In this document: positions 7,605 to 19,600 of the stretch, in pieces | How the letters are laid out: each line of letters starts with the position of its first letter | Position numbering within the stretch: the stretch's first letter is position 1 | Assembly: GCA_907165135.1 (NCBI GenBank) | Contig: OU015567.1 | Coordinates: 16,094,757 to 16,158,756 of the forward strand | Length of the DNA stretch: 64,000 nt | Direction: 5' to 3' | DNA from: Oikopleura dioica | Lineage: Eukaryota; Animalia; Chordata | The notes under the pieces: model-generated | Seen by the model: only the letters and a program-made list of their open reading frames with translations | What the model was told of the DNA's origin: nothing | Databases searched by the model: none | Program-made: the position numbers and the translations under genes

Positions 7605-10600
7605 TTAGATTTTTGGTCCGAATATGAGATCATTGTTCTTTTTTGGATGATTCGGATAAAATTTTTCAAAAGCAGAATTAATAAATAAAATCATTTCTGA
7701 CTTATTTTGTAAAACACATTTTGGCAGGTTATACTCAGCAATAAGAACTTTCAATTCAGGTTTTTTTAAATCATAAAGAGTTTTTTCCTTTTTCAAATTT
7801 AAAATTGAAAAGAAAAGTAACTCTCCGCATGCATTTTTTCGCCAATTAGGGTGATTTTTCCAAATATACTCTCTTATTTTAATTCTTAGATCTGATATCG
7901 TTTCCGTTGTCAAATATTGAACATCAAACTTATGCAAAATAAATCTTAGAGCTTCTTTTGTTAATTCACCCAACTTCAAAATACACCCATTTTCAATTGC
8001 CATATCCTCTTTCAATTCCTCAATTCTCGATTCAATTCTCTGGAAAAAACTTTCATGCTCGTTTTCAAATTTGAATGCAATCGAAGTATCAAAATTTTCA
8101 CAAATCATTTCCGAAATATTATTTGACTCTTCGTCAGAGCTTTCTTCCGGGTCTAAATTTGGTATTTTAGAGCAAGGAATGGAATCTTTCGATGATTCTC
8201 TCTCGCGTTTCCGATTTGCCGAAATATCTAATTTATCGTAAGAAATAAGGGGCTCTTGACATTCAGTTGTTATATTTTCATGGACCGTTTCCGTTTCAAT
8301 TGTAGATAATTCCTCGTCTACCGTAACTTCCCAATGAGAATTCTCTTCAATTTCCCACTCCGAATCCGATAAAATAAGGGAACCAGGGACCGGAAAATCG
8401 TCAGGTTTAGGAATCGTTTCAATATTTTGCGTACTATCGGGCTCTATAAAACTCTGCTCATTCTCGATTATTGATACACAAGAACTTTCCTCAGAGGAAG
8501 ATTCCATAGATTCAAGTGTATCAACAATCAAGTCTGAAAAAATATTCTCTAAAACAATATCAATTAATGAGTTAGCTATATTGCCCATTTTTTCCTCTAC
8601 TTCATTTTCCTTCGTAGAGATAGGAGGACAAGAAAAAACACCACTTGAAAAACTTTCTCGCTCAAAAACATTGTCTTTTTGAAAGGTCGAAAAATCGCCT
8701 TGTACATCTGGGAGTTTGACCGAGAGCTCTAGATCTTCTGAATGCTCCTTTCGCGCATTAAATCTTTTCAAATGATCAGCGTGTCGCCTAAATTCTTTAT
8801 CATCAGAAACGACCGTATACCAAGTTCCCTCTTTCGATTTATTTTTTATCTTATAAGGGCCCAGAAAAGCTGGTTTTTTCGCGTCAAAATTTTTGATAAG
8901 AACCATGTCACCGATTTGATAAGGCAAAAATTTTGGGTTCGAAAATCTCTCAAGCCTATTTTAGTTTTCATCTTCAATCAATTTCTTAATTTGTTGAAAA
9001 TCAATATCAGTTTTTTCGAAAGAAGCCCTAAAATTTGGATCGAAAATATCGTGAGCGTTTTTTTACACCCATCTGAAGGGAATAAGGGGGGGTTTTAGTG
9101 ACTGAATGCTCGCTTGAATTAAGATCATGAACAACTTCTTGAAGATACTGATCCCAATTCACTAGCCCACAACGCGCACGTAATCTACTCTTAAGGGTTC
9201 GATTATAATTTTCCACTTGCCCATTTGAAGAAGGATGTCTTGGCGGAGTAAAATGAGGGTCTATATGGTTTTCTTTCATAAATTTCTCAATTTCAGAATG
9301 CTCTCTAGCATTGTCAAGCACAACAATTTTCGGATAAATTGGATTTTTAAAAATAACACTTTTAAATTTTTCAAGTAGATATTTAGAATTACGAGATTTT
9401 AGAGGTTCACAATATCCAAATTTTGAGAAAAAATCAATCATAACCATTACATATTTATTTCCATGATCAGTTGGAGGTAACGTGATCAGATCGAATCCAA
9501 AAACTTCAAAGGGTCCATCTGGTGTTTTAAAGGTCAAAACCGGCGCTTTATTGGGATGAAAATTAGGTTTATCTTTTTGACAATAGGAACAAGTTCTTAT
9601 AAATTCTCTTATTGCTTGGCGCATTCTAGGCCATATATACTTGACGGATATTTTCGAAAAAACTTGATCAATTCCAGAATGGCAGTATTCATGGTAATTT
9701 TTAATAAGCTCATTTTCTAAACTTTTCGGGACTAAAATCCGTCTATTCCCTGAATCATTGAAATAAATAATTTGATCATTCTCCGAAATAACTAAATTTT
9801 CTCTCAAAAGCCAATAAAATGTTATATCGCCTGATGGATTGTTAGGCCATCTATCTATTGTCAAAAATTTTCTTATCTCGGTTAAAAGAGGATCAAGAAT
9901 CTGAAGCTCGCCAAATTGTTTCTGAGTAATTTTAATCGAGTTAATAAGAGGCTGATTTTGAATTGAAGTTTGTCTACTTAAACAATCACTTATCTGCATT
10001 TTCGACGAGGGTTTTTGAATTGTTCTAAAATTAAATCCCTGGATCTCCGTTATCCATCTCGTGATTTTTTGGTTATAGGTTCTAAGTGTTCGAACATACT
10101 TTATGTTTGAATTATCCGTTATCCAATCAAAACTATTGTAAGAAAGATATATTGACCATTTCATCATGCATTGTTTGGCGGAAAATAATTCTTTTTCTAT
10201 AATCGTGTATCGTGATTGGGTTTCATTAAAATTACCGCTGTTATAGCCTACAGGGATCAAACACTCACTAGAATGGTGATGAGAAATATCTCTACAATTT
10301 TTTTCACAAATATAGAGAACCCCACCGTATGCATTATTCGACGCGTCCGTTTCTAAAACGAAAAGCCCATTATCTACTGGGGGTATTTTGAGCTTCATTG
10401 CGTTATCACATATTATATTTTGAAGCTTGCTAAATGCTCTAGAAGCCTCATCTGTCCATTTAAATCCGTTTCTCCAAGTCTTTGTAATTGGTAACGCTAT
10501 TGCCGCAAAATTTTTAATAAATCTACGGTGAAAATTTAAAAGTCCAAAAAGACTTTGCGCACTCTCCTTAGAGCAAGGAATTTTAAGATTTCTTATAGCC

Positions 10601-12183
10601 TGAATTTTATCTGTTGAAGGAGAAATATTACCCTGAGAAATATAATAGCCACAAAATGTCACCGACCTTGTAAAAAATGAAGCTTTTCGAGAGTTTATCC
10701 TAAGATTATTCGCATCAAGAATATGAAAAAACTTTTTGAGGTTCAATAAATGCTCTTGTTCTGTTTTACTATGAATAAGAATATCGTCCATGTACGGTAA
10801 AATTTCGGTTTTATCTACACCTTTAAGTGCCTGATCAATTACTCTCATAAAAAAACTTGGTGCATTTCGACAGCCCATTGGCATGCGTAAAAATCTGAAT
10901 TGACCGAACTCGTTCGAAAATGCCGTTTTGTCTTTTGACTCTTCTGTTAAAGCGATCTGATGAAACCCCTTTATAAGGTCTATCGAAGAAAAAATAGTAC
11001 TTTTATCTAAATACGACAACGAATCCTCTAGATTTGGCAGGGGATAGTGCATCTGAATAGTCACATCATTCAATTTTCTGAAATCAATGACTAGACGAAA
11101 TCGTCCATCTTTTTTTCTAACAAGAATACTCGGACTATTCCAGGGGCTCGAACATCGCTCTATAAATTTATTACCCATAAATTTATCCAAAAGATCTCTT
11201 AAGACATTCCGCAAGCTAAAAGGAGTTCTAAACGGGGCCGAAGAAATCGGAAAGTCTGTATCTGTGTCTATAGAAAATTTTTCAATCGTACATTCTGGAA
11301 GCGAGTCATCCTCGTCCAACATAAGATGTGCAAAATCATCTAAAAGAGCGTCAAAATCAATTTTTATTTTTGAAGAGTGAATATTACCGACGGAAATATT
11401 TTTGAGGTTTTTATGCTTTATGTTTTTTATTCTCGCTATTTCAACGATTTCATGTAATTTAACAAAAACTGTACCCGCGGGAATTCTGATGATTGTATCT
11501 GTTGGATTTATAATAAGGAGACGAAATTTTGGGCAGTTCTTATCGACAACTTGGAAGCTTGGAATAAGCTGCAATTTAGAATTTCCTAAATTAGATTGAT
11601 CAAATGAAAGACTTTTCGATTTTTCAAGATCTTTGATTTTCAAATCAATTATACATTCTGATTTAGGCCTAAAAGAAAGATTATCGGTAGAAAAAGCATC
11701 ATATTCACGATCCTTTCTTTTGTCCTCGTTGTTTTCAAAATTTTCGTTTGTTTTAATTTGATTAAGTTTTGCAAACCGTTCAATTGGTCCGGACTGAATT
11801 ATTTTACGACGGTGAAGGTTTATCATTATCTCATTATCTTGAATAGCCGGTACTCCCAAAATAGGGCTCAAATTGTCAGGAACAACGTAAAATTCTGATT
11901 TTCCCCAATTTACATTTTCAATAATAATATCTGCTTCGACCTTTCCCAAAATATCAATTTGTCCGCCGGAATAATTTACCGCTTCAGTTTTTGTTTTTTG
12001 TATTTTTATGTTTTTTGGTATATTTTTCTTACAAATGCAATTTAATTGTGAACCAGTATCTAATAAAAATCGAACAGGTGAATAAAAAATATTTACAGTT
12101 ACATAAAATTGTTCGCCGATTTTATTAATAGAGATTTTTGGAACGGATATTTGACCAGAATTCGTTCCAAAATTTAGTTTTTT
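7605..12183 (-). CDS. pol: pol (PR, dUTPase-like linker, RT, RH, IN, C-terminal extension), family B; one homopolymer +1 indel near 9060
   Basis: LDTGSQ, YMDD, LETDAS, YHEYCH..CSYC, FDLI/LDNA/GQVE, FLGPY. The frame is open from the slippery site at 12177-12183. The break is a T7 run where six are needed. Confidence 0.92.
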
Positions 12184-13240
12184 GACTGATCTTGGGTGTT
12201 ATTTTCCCGTCGTTTCAAGCAATTTCGCCCGATATGACCAAAACCCTGACACTCGTAGCATTTTATTTTGGGGCACCTCGGCTTAACATGACCCCATTGT
12301 TGGCAATTTCGGCAAAAAGGGACCGCTTGGGGAGGCTGCTGGAATCTGTACGGAAACGGCGGAATAAAATTTGCTGAGGCCGGCGGGTTAGCAGGCCTAG
12401 TAATTTCCTCATTTTTGACCTTCTTTTCGAGCTCTATTTTTGCTACAGTCGCTGTTAATTGTTTTATCTGTTCAAGAAGCTCAGAATTTTTTCGCTCATA
12501 ATTTGACTCCATCTGAGTCAATTTTGAATCCAAAAGTTCGCTCGTTCGATCAACAAAGGACGCAAGATTTGCTGACTCGATCGAGGAAACATTCACACTC
12601 AAAAACCGCTCCCGTGAGTCCAAAAATGTGGCAATTTCCTGAGCACTCTTTTTACTGACACCATGATCACGTAAAAACGACTTGTTCGCTGGCTCAAGGC
12701 TTTTCATAAAGTGAGCATTAATAATAAAGTCTCTTGCATCTTGTTTATCAGAAATAAGCTCTTGACGGTTTTAATTCTTGTCAAAAATGACGAAAACTTC
12801 TCATTCATTTCCGATCTTCGACAAAGATTTTCGAGTTCGACTCCCGCCCGCTCTCGCTTTTCATCCTCAGACTCACTTCCGAAAACAGATTCCAGAAAAT
12901 CAAAAACTTCATCCATATTTTCGAAATTTGCCATTTCCCGCCCATAATTATTCATAAATTCGTGTGAGCAATTATTGCGAATGCAGTCTACGACTTGTCT
13001 GTCAAAAGCTTTTTCTAAATTATTACGGTCAGACTCTCGATTGTGATCCTTAATACTTTTGTCGAAAATTTTTCGCATCGCGGATATTTTGTCGCTCAAA
13101 TTATTCTTAGAAATTGTAAATTCATACGACAGCATATTAGGCCGAAAAAATTGACGAGAATTGAGGGAAGGAAAAGTGGCAAAAAGTAATTCTTCGGGCA
13201 TTTTATTTACCTTGAAGTTGGAGTCTTGCGTGTTCACCAT
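12174..13240 (-). CDS. gag: gag, family B, two CCHC zinc knuckles; 1-nt deletion near 12762
   Basis: ORFs 12704-13240 and 12174-12707. CRNCQQWGHVKPRC-PKIK-CYECQGFGHIGRNC. Colinear with family D Gag once 1 nt is restored. Confidence 0.88.
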
Positions 13241-14267
13241 GATACCGTTTTGCTGCTCAAATGCTCTCTAAGCTAGAATCTTGCAAAGAATGACGCCAAA
13301 ATTTCAAAACGTGGCTGTATTATTTTGAGTATGGAGAGAGTGATTTTTCAAATTTTCAAATTTTAATTTCGCGTTTCGCGCAGGTGCTATTCTTTCCAAA
13401 TAAGGCGCAGCGCATTTCGCGCCGATGTTTTTCTTTCCAAATAAGGTGCAGCGCTTTCGCGCATTTGTTTTTCTTCGTTGATTTCGATTTCGGTCCAACA
13501 GCCACGTGCGCTCAAATTTTATCGCAAGAAATAAATCATATCAAAAAGTTCAACTTCCCACTATGTGGCCGTATCCCTTTTTGATAGAATTTAATGAATT
13601 TTTATCAATACTTTTCCAAAGCCAGTTCCAATAATCGTTGTCAGTCCATTGCGTAGTCGTCGTTGTTGTCAGAGAAGTCGCCGCCATTGTTGAAGCTGCA
13701 ATTCTGTCGGTTTGAGGAGAGTGGTCAGCTTTCCTAAAGCGAGCCAGAAAGGTGTTCAATCAATATTGCCTACCTAGGAGCACTTACAGACAGCGCCATC
13801 CCGAGGAGCACGGGGTCACACTGTCAAGCCGCTTAAAGCGGAACTCAGCTAGAGGATGAAATTCATGCAACAGCTCCGTCGAAGTAGTAAAAAGCCAATT
13901 GATTTTTATCGTCAAGAAGAATTGCCATCATCGTTTTGAAGACATAGAAGAGTCAGCTTGATTCATCAATAATAATTACCAGTTAATAAATTAAACAAAA
14001 GAAGTAGTGAGCACTAGAAAGAGTTTAAATAAAGAACCGCCGAAACGGGTGGCTAATGTGCCTTTGAATTGTGAAATAACGCGTACGTTATGAGGGAAAG
14101 ATAGAGATTTATGAATTCATGCAAGCATCCGAGATTTGGCTCCGAAAATCGTCGGAAATTATATCTGTGAAATTCATGCCTAATCAACCTAATTGGCGAA
14201 AATATTTATGTGACTGGGATATTCAATTTTTCATTTTTTTCTTGTGTTCTTTCCTCTATTCGTATCA
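13240..14267 (-). repeat. 5' LTR, family B
   Basis: Direct repeat of 6515-7542, followed on the element strand by TGGTGAACAC. Confidence 0.96.
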
Positions 14268-15606
14268 CTGATGCGTTTTTCGGCGTTTTCAGATGATTTT
14301 TAGTTCATGAAAATCAAAAAAAAATCAAGAAAAATTCTGATGCGTTTTTTTGCGTTTTCAGATGATTTTCAGGTCATAAAAAAAAATCAAAAAAAATTTT
14401 ATGCGTTTTTTGGCGTTTTCAGATGATTATCAGGTCATAAAAATCAAAATAAAATCGAGGAAAATTCTGATGCGTTTTTTGGCGTTTTCAGATGATTTTC
14501 AGGTCATGAAAATAAAGAAAAAATCAAGGAAAATTCTGATGCGTTTTTTGGCGTTTTCAGATGAAATCTAGGTCATAAAAATCAAAAAATAAAATCAAAA
14601 AAAATTCTGATGCGTTCTCTGACGTTTTCAGATGATTTTCAGGTCATAAAAATCAAAAAATCAAGAAAAATTCTGATGCGTTTTTTGGCGTTTTCAGATG
14701 ATTTTTGGTCATAAAAATCAAACAAAAATCAACAAAAATTCTGATGCGTTTTTTGGCGTTTTCAGATGATTTTCAGGTCATGAAAATAAAGAAAAAATCA
14801 AGAAAAATTCTGATGCGTTTTTTGGCGTTTTCAGATGAAATTCAGGTCATAAAAATAAAAAAAAACAAAAAAAATTCTGATGCGTTTTTTGGCGTTTTAA
14901 GATGATTTTCAATTCATAAATTTCAAAAAAAATCAAGAAAAATTCTGATGCGTTTTTTGGCGTTTTCAGATGATTTTCAGGTCATAAAAATCAAAGAAAA
15001 AAATCAAGAAAAATTTTGAAGCGTTTTTTGGCGTTTTCAGATGATTTTAAGGTCATAAAAATCAAAAAAAAATCAAGAAAAATTCTGATGCGTTTTTTGG
15101 CGTTTTCAGATGATTTTCAGGCCATAAAAATCAAAACAAAATCAAGAAAAATTCTGATGCGTTTTTTGGCGTTTTTAGATGATTTTCAGTTCATAAAAAT
15201 CATAAAATAATCAAGAAAAATTCTGATGCGTTTTTAAGCGTTTTCAGATGATTTTCAATGCATAAAAATCAAAAAAAATATCAAGAAATATTCTGATGCG
15301 TTTTTTGTCGTTTTCAGATGATTTTCAGTTCAAAAAAATCATAAAAAAATCAAGAAAAATTCTGATGCGTTTTTTGGCGTTTTCAAGTTATTTTCTGGTC
15401 ATAAAAATCATAAAAAAATCAAGAATAATTCTGATGCGTTTTTTGGCGTTTTCAGATGATTTTCAGTTCATTAAAACCAAAAAAAAAAAACAAAAAATAT
15501 TCTGATGCGTTTTTTTGCGTTTTCAGATGATTTTCAGGCCATAAAAAGAAAAAAAAAAATCAAGGAAAATTCTGATGCGTTTTTTGGCGTTTTCAGATGA
15601 TTTTCA
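14268..15606 (+). repeat. ~69-bp satellite array
   Basis: About 19 tandem monomers. Confidence 0.97.
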
Positions 15607-16613
15607 TGATACCGTTGGATTGAAACTCTTTTAAATAAATAACTCTAGCTCTGACTCTGCAAAATCTGCAAGAAATTTAACACAAAATTCGGCGGTGTTA
15701 CGGTTATATTGAGTATGAAGAGAATGAGGCAGAAATGAAAATTTTTCAAATTTCGCAGCGCGCGCAGCTGCAGCGAATTTCCAAGCGTGTTTTTCTTTCC
15801 AAATAAGGAGACGCGCGAATTGTTTTTCTCGTTGTTTTCAAATTTTCGTTTCACCATTTTTACGTAACCGCCACCGCCAAGAGAGTTCATTTTAGAAAAT
15901 CAAATTTCTCACTATGTGACCCAGATCATTTCTAAAATAAACCCTCTTTATTTTCGTTTTCGTCTATCAAAAAGCAAGTCCAGTAAGCAAGTCCATAGTC
16001 GTTTCCGTTGCGTTTGTCGTCGTCGTTGTAGTAGTAGTCGTAATCGTAAAAGCCGTCGCCGCTGCCAAAGTCGTCAGCACAGTGCATTCCGTCGTTATTG
16101 TAGAAGATGGCCAGTCGTTCTAAATCGAGCCAGAAAGGAGTTTTGACAACTTTGCCTACCTAGGAGCAGTTACTGATACCGCCATCCCGCGGTGCACGGG
16201 GTCACAGTATCAAGCCTCAAAGAGGAACTCGGCTAGGGGTTGAATCCATCAAGCAGCAGCAAATCGTAAAAACCTGTTGAGCTATTGAAATCAAGGAGAA
16301 AAATATCAGAAATAGTAAATAAGGAGATGAGTTGTGATTTTCATGCAACCTAAAAGTGTGAGAGAAAAACGCCCAAGGGGCGGTGGCTAATGTGCCTTCA
16401 GGGAATGAAATTACGCGTACGTAACAGAGAACTACAGTCATGTCTGACTCAGATTGACCTTCTACAATTTTTTCTTTTGAATTTGCGATAAGGCTCAATA
16501 TCGCTTTTAAATGTATGTGATTTTCATGCACATAATCAACCAAATTGGCGCAAATGGACCGTGAGTTTTTCGATTCAATTTTTATTTTTTGTGTTCTTTC
16601 CTTATCGTTATCA
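15607..16613 (-). repeat. 3' LTR, family C
   Basis: Direct repeat of 22439-23445. Confidence 0.96.
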
Positions 16614-16668
16614 GTATGACCCTACCAGGGTATCTTTTATCTTTTTGAGCTTCTTTTGAGGAATAGAA

Positions 16669-19600
16669 CTATTGAATCTGAGCTGAAGGCCCAAAAATAA
16701 GAATGTTTTGCTTTCGCGGATGATTTGGGTAAGTTCTGAGGAAATATTCATTTATCAATTCAGTAAGAACAGTTTTATTTTTTGCTTTAAAATCGGTTAT
16801 ACCAAACTGTGCACAAAGGACCTTTAGCTCGGGTTTTGACAATTCAAAAAGAGTTTTCTCCTCTTTCAAATCAAGTATCGAAAAGAAAAGCAACTCTCCT
16901 GATTTGCTTTTACGCCAATTTGGGTGATTTTTTGAAAATGATTCTCTTATTTTAATCCTAATATCGCTAGCGCTATCTGTATGTTCCGCTATTTCAATGT
17001 CAAATTTGAAGCAGATGAATTTGAGAGTATCTTTACTTAATTCGCCTAATTTTAATACACAACATTTTTCAATCATCATGTCAGCCTCTATAATTTTATA
17101 TTGATCATCAAGTTTCTCGAAAAAATGCCGATTGTCATCCTCAAATTTAAAATCCAACATATTTCCGCCAAAATCAAGCCTACGTTTCACCCTGTCCAAA
17201 TTTTCTGGGTTATAATTAGCATGAATTCTCGGTGTAATCAGATTAGGGTCTAATAAATTATCTATTTCCGCTGAATCTAAATTTGGCATTTTATTCTGGG
17301 GAAGAGAATCTTTTGAGGCCTCCCGCTCGCGTTTTCTATTCTGAGAAATGTCAAGTTTATCATAAGAAGTCAAATTTTGGGGCTGATTTAAATTTGACCC
17401 GAGAATTGTTTCCGGCTCGGAGTCTGAATCGTCGAGCGTTACCTCGAAGCTCGGATTTGTCACATACTCAAATTCCGACCCTGAAACACTCTCATCATCT
17501 GATTTTTCGTTGAATAGAACCTGTCTCTCCGTATCCTCACAAGAATTTTCAGCCGCGATGACACTCTGAAAAGAAAGCGACTCTTCCTCCTCAGAATCAG
17601 AAGAAGTTTCGCTTACATTTTCATGTAACAATTGCACAAAAAATGTCTCGAATATTGAATCGACTACTCTGTTAGTCAATTTTTCTTCTAAAATTTCAAG
17701 CTTTTTCTCAATTTCAGTTTCCCTAACCTCAGAATAAGCGTTCATTATGGGCTCAATTTGGCAAAAATTACGTTCCTCATAAAAAATAGGGCTTCGTATT
17801 TCCGGCAAAATATCACAAATTTCATCTTGCGTATCGATAAGAATTTTTTCATCATTATCAATCGGTCTCATATTGAATTTTCTTATGTGGTCCGCATGTC
17901 TCCGATAACTTTTGTCCCCTGATTTTACAGTATACCACGTTCCTGCGTTCGATTTTGATAAAATTGTGAAAGGGCCAATAAACGAAGGTTTTTTACTCTC
18001 AAAATTTTTGATTAGTACTGATTCTCCTAATTTATATTCAATAAATTTTGGATTCGAAAATTTATCGAGTCGTTTAGCTTTTTCGCCGTCCAAATCGGAT
18101 CTGATTTTTTCAAAATCAATTTTTATCTGTAGATCATAATCCCTCCAATTTGAGTCAACAAGATTATGTGGATTTTTAGCTCCGGTTTGCACTGTGAAAG
18201 GGGCTAATTTAGTGACGCTGTGAACGGCAGTATTTAAATCGTGAACTATTTCAAAAAGATAATTATCCCAATTTTGATAATTACACTTTGCCCTCAATCT
18301 ACTTTTAAGGCTTCTGTTAAAATTTTCCACCTGACCATTAGACTGTGGATGTCTTGGCGGGGTAAAGTGGGGCTCAATGTTATTTTCCGTCATGAATTTC
18401 GCGATCTCAGAGTGCTCTCGTGCATTATCAAGGACAACCATTCGTGGGAAATAAGGATTACGAAAAATAACGCTTTTAAATTTGTCAAGCAATCCTAGAG
18501 AATTACGATTTTGAAGTGGTTCGCAGTACGCAAACTTTGAGAAAAAATCTATGATGACCATCACATGCTTATTTCCTGAGTCGGTTGGTGGGAGGGTTAT
18601 CAAATCGAAGCCTAGAACCTGATAGGGGCTTTCGGGTGTTTTAAAGGTCAAAATCGGCGCTCTATTAGGGTGAAAATTTGGCTTATCCTTCTGACAAAAT
18701 TCACATGACTTTATAAAATCGCGAATGGCTTTATTCATTCTCGGCCAAATATACTTTGTTGCAATTTTTAAAAATGTCTGGTCTGTCCCAGCATGTGCAT
18801 AAGAGTGATATTCCTCGATGATATCATTTTCAAGATTTTTGGGGACGCAAAAACGTTTATTTCCTTCCTTATCAACTAGAATAAGTTCACCGGTTTCTAA
18901 TATTTTAAGGTCCTCTCTTAGCATTTTATAGAAAAAAATGTCTCCCTTTGGAGCATTGGGCCATCTGTCAATTCCAACGAATTTTCGAACGTCTCCAAGA
19001 ATTTGATCTAATTTTTGTAATTCACAGAATTTTGAAGGAGAAAATTTGATTTGATTAATTGAAAAATTTTCGACTTTGCATGAATTGTTTCGACTAAGAA
19101 AATCACTTATTTTCATCTTACTTGAAGGACGCTGAATAATTCTAAAGGAAAATCCTTGAATATCTGTCACCCACCTGGCTATTTTCTGGTTGTTGGTTCT
19201 TAGTGTTCTTATGAACTTAATATTGCCGTTATCAGTGATTAAGTCGAATTCACGAAATGATAGATAAATTGCCCATTTTTCCATGCATAATTTGGCGCTA
19301 AGCAACTCTTTTTCAATTATCGTATATCTCGCTTGTGCATCGGAAAAATTTCCGCTATTATAACAAACAGGTGCCAGACAGTCTGAATCGTGCATGTGAT
19401 TTTCCCCGCAAAACCCTCGCTCGCAAATGTACAAAACCCCTCCGTATCCCTTATCGGATGCATCTGTTTCAAGGACATATTTTACTTCATCTGTTGGGGG
19501 GATTTTTAACTCTATAGCATTATTACAAATTTTTTCTTTCAAAATTTCAAGGGCTTCTGAGGCTTCAGCCGACCATAAAAATCCTGATCTATAAGTTTTT

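Larger units (their letters stand above)
6515..14267 (-). mobile_element. Full-length Ty3/gypsy LTR retrotransposon, family B (7753 bp), TSD CTGAT
   Basis: LTRs 6515-7542 and 13240-14267 (1028 bp each, about 3 differences seen). CTGAT at 6510-6514 and 14268-14272. Gag, PR, RT, RH, IN order. Confidence 0.97.

Noticed and set aside
13228-13242. Tf1-type self-priming (PBS complementary to LTR sequence)
   Set aside because: I found no 9-11 nt complement of the PBS in the sense LTR of B or C, and only 6-nt matches in A.
14268-15606. Satellite as a CRISPR-like array
   Set aside because: Contiguous degenerate monomers without unique spacers, no cas genes, and a eukaryotic telomeric context.
16614-16669. 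env-like third ORF
   Set aside because: Pol stops about 50-60 bp before the 3' LTR in all families, so there is no room. The long Pol tail has no signal peptide or transmembrane segment.
16669-17065. Chromodomain at the integrase C-terminus
   Set aside because: No aromatic-cage pattern (e.g. Y/F-x-V-E...Y-L-V-K-W) is visible. The region is predicted helical by pattern instead.
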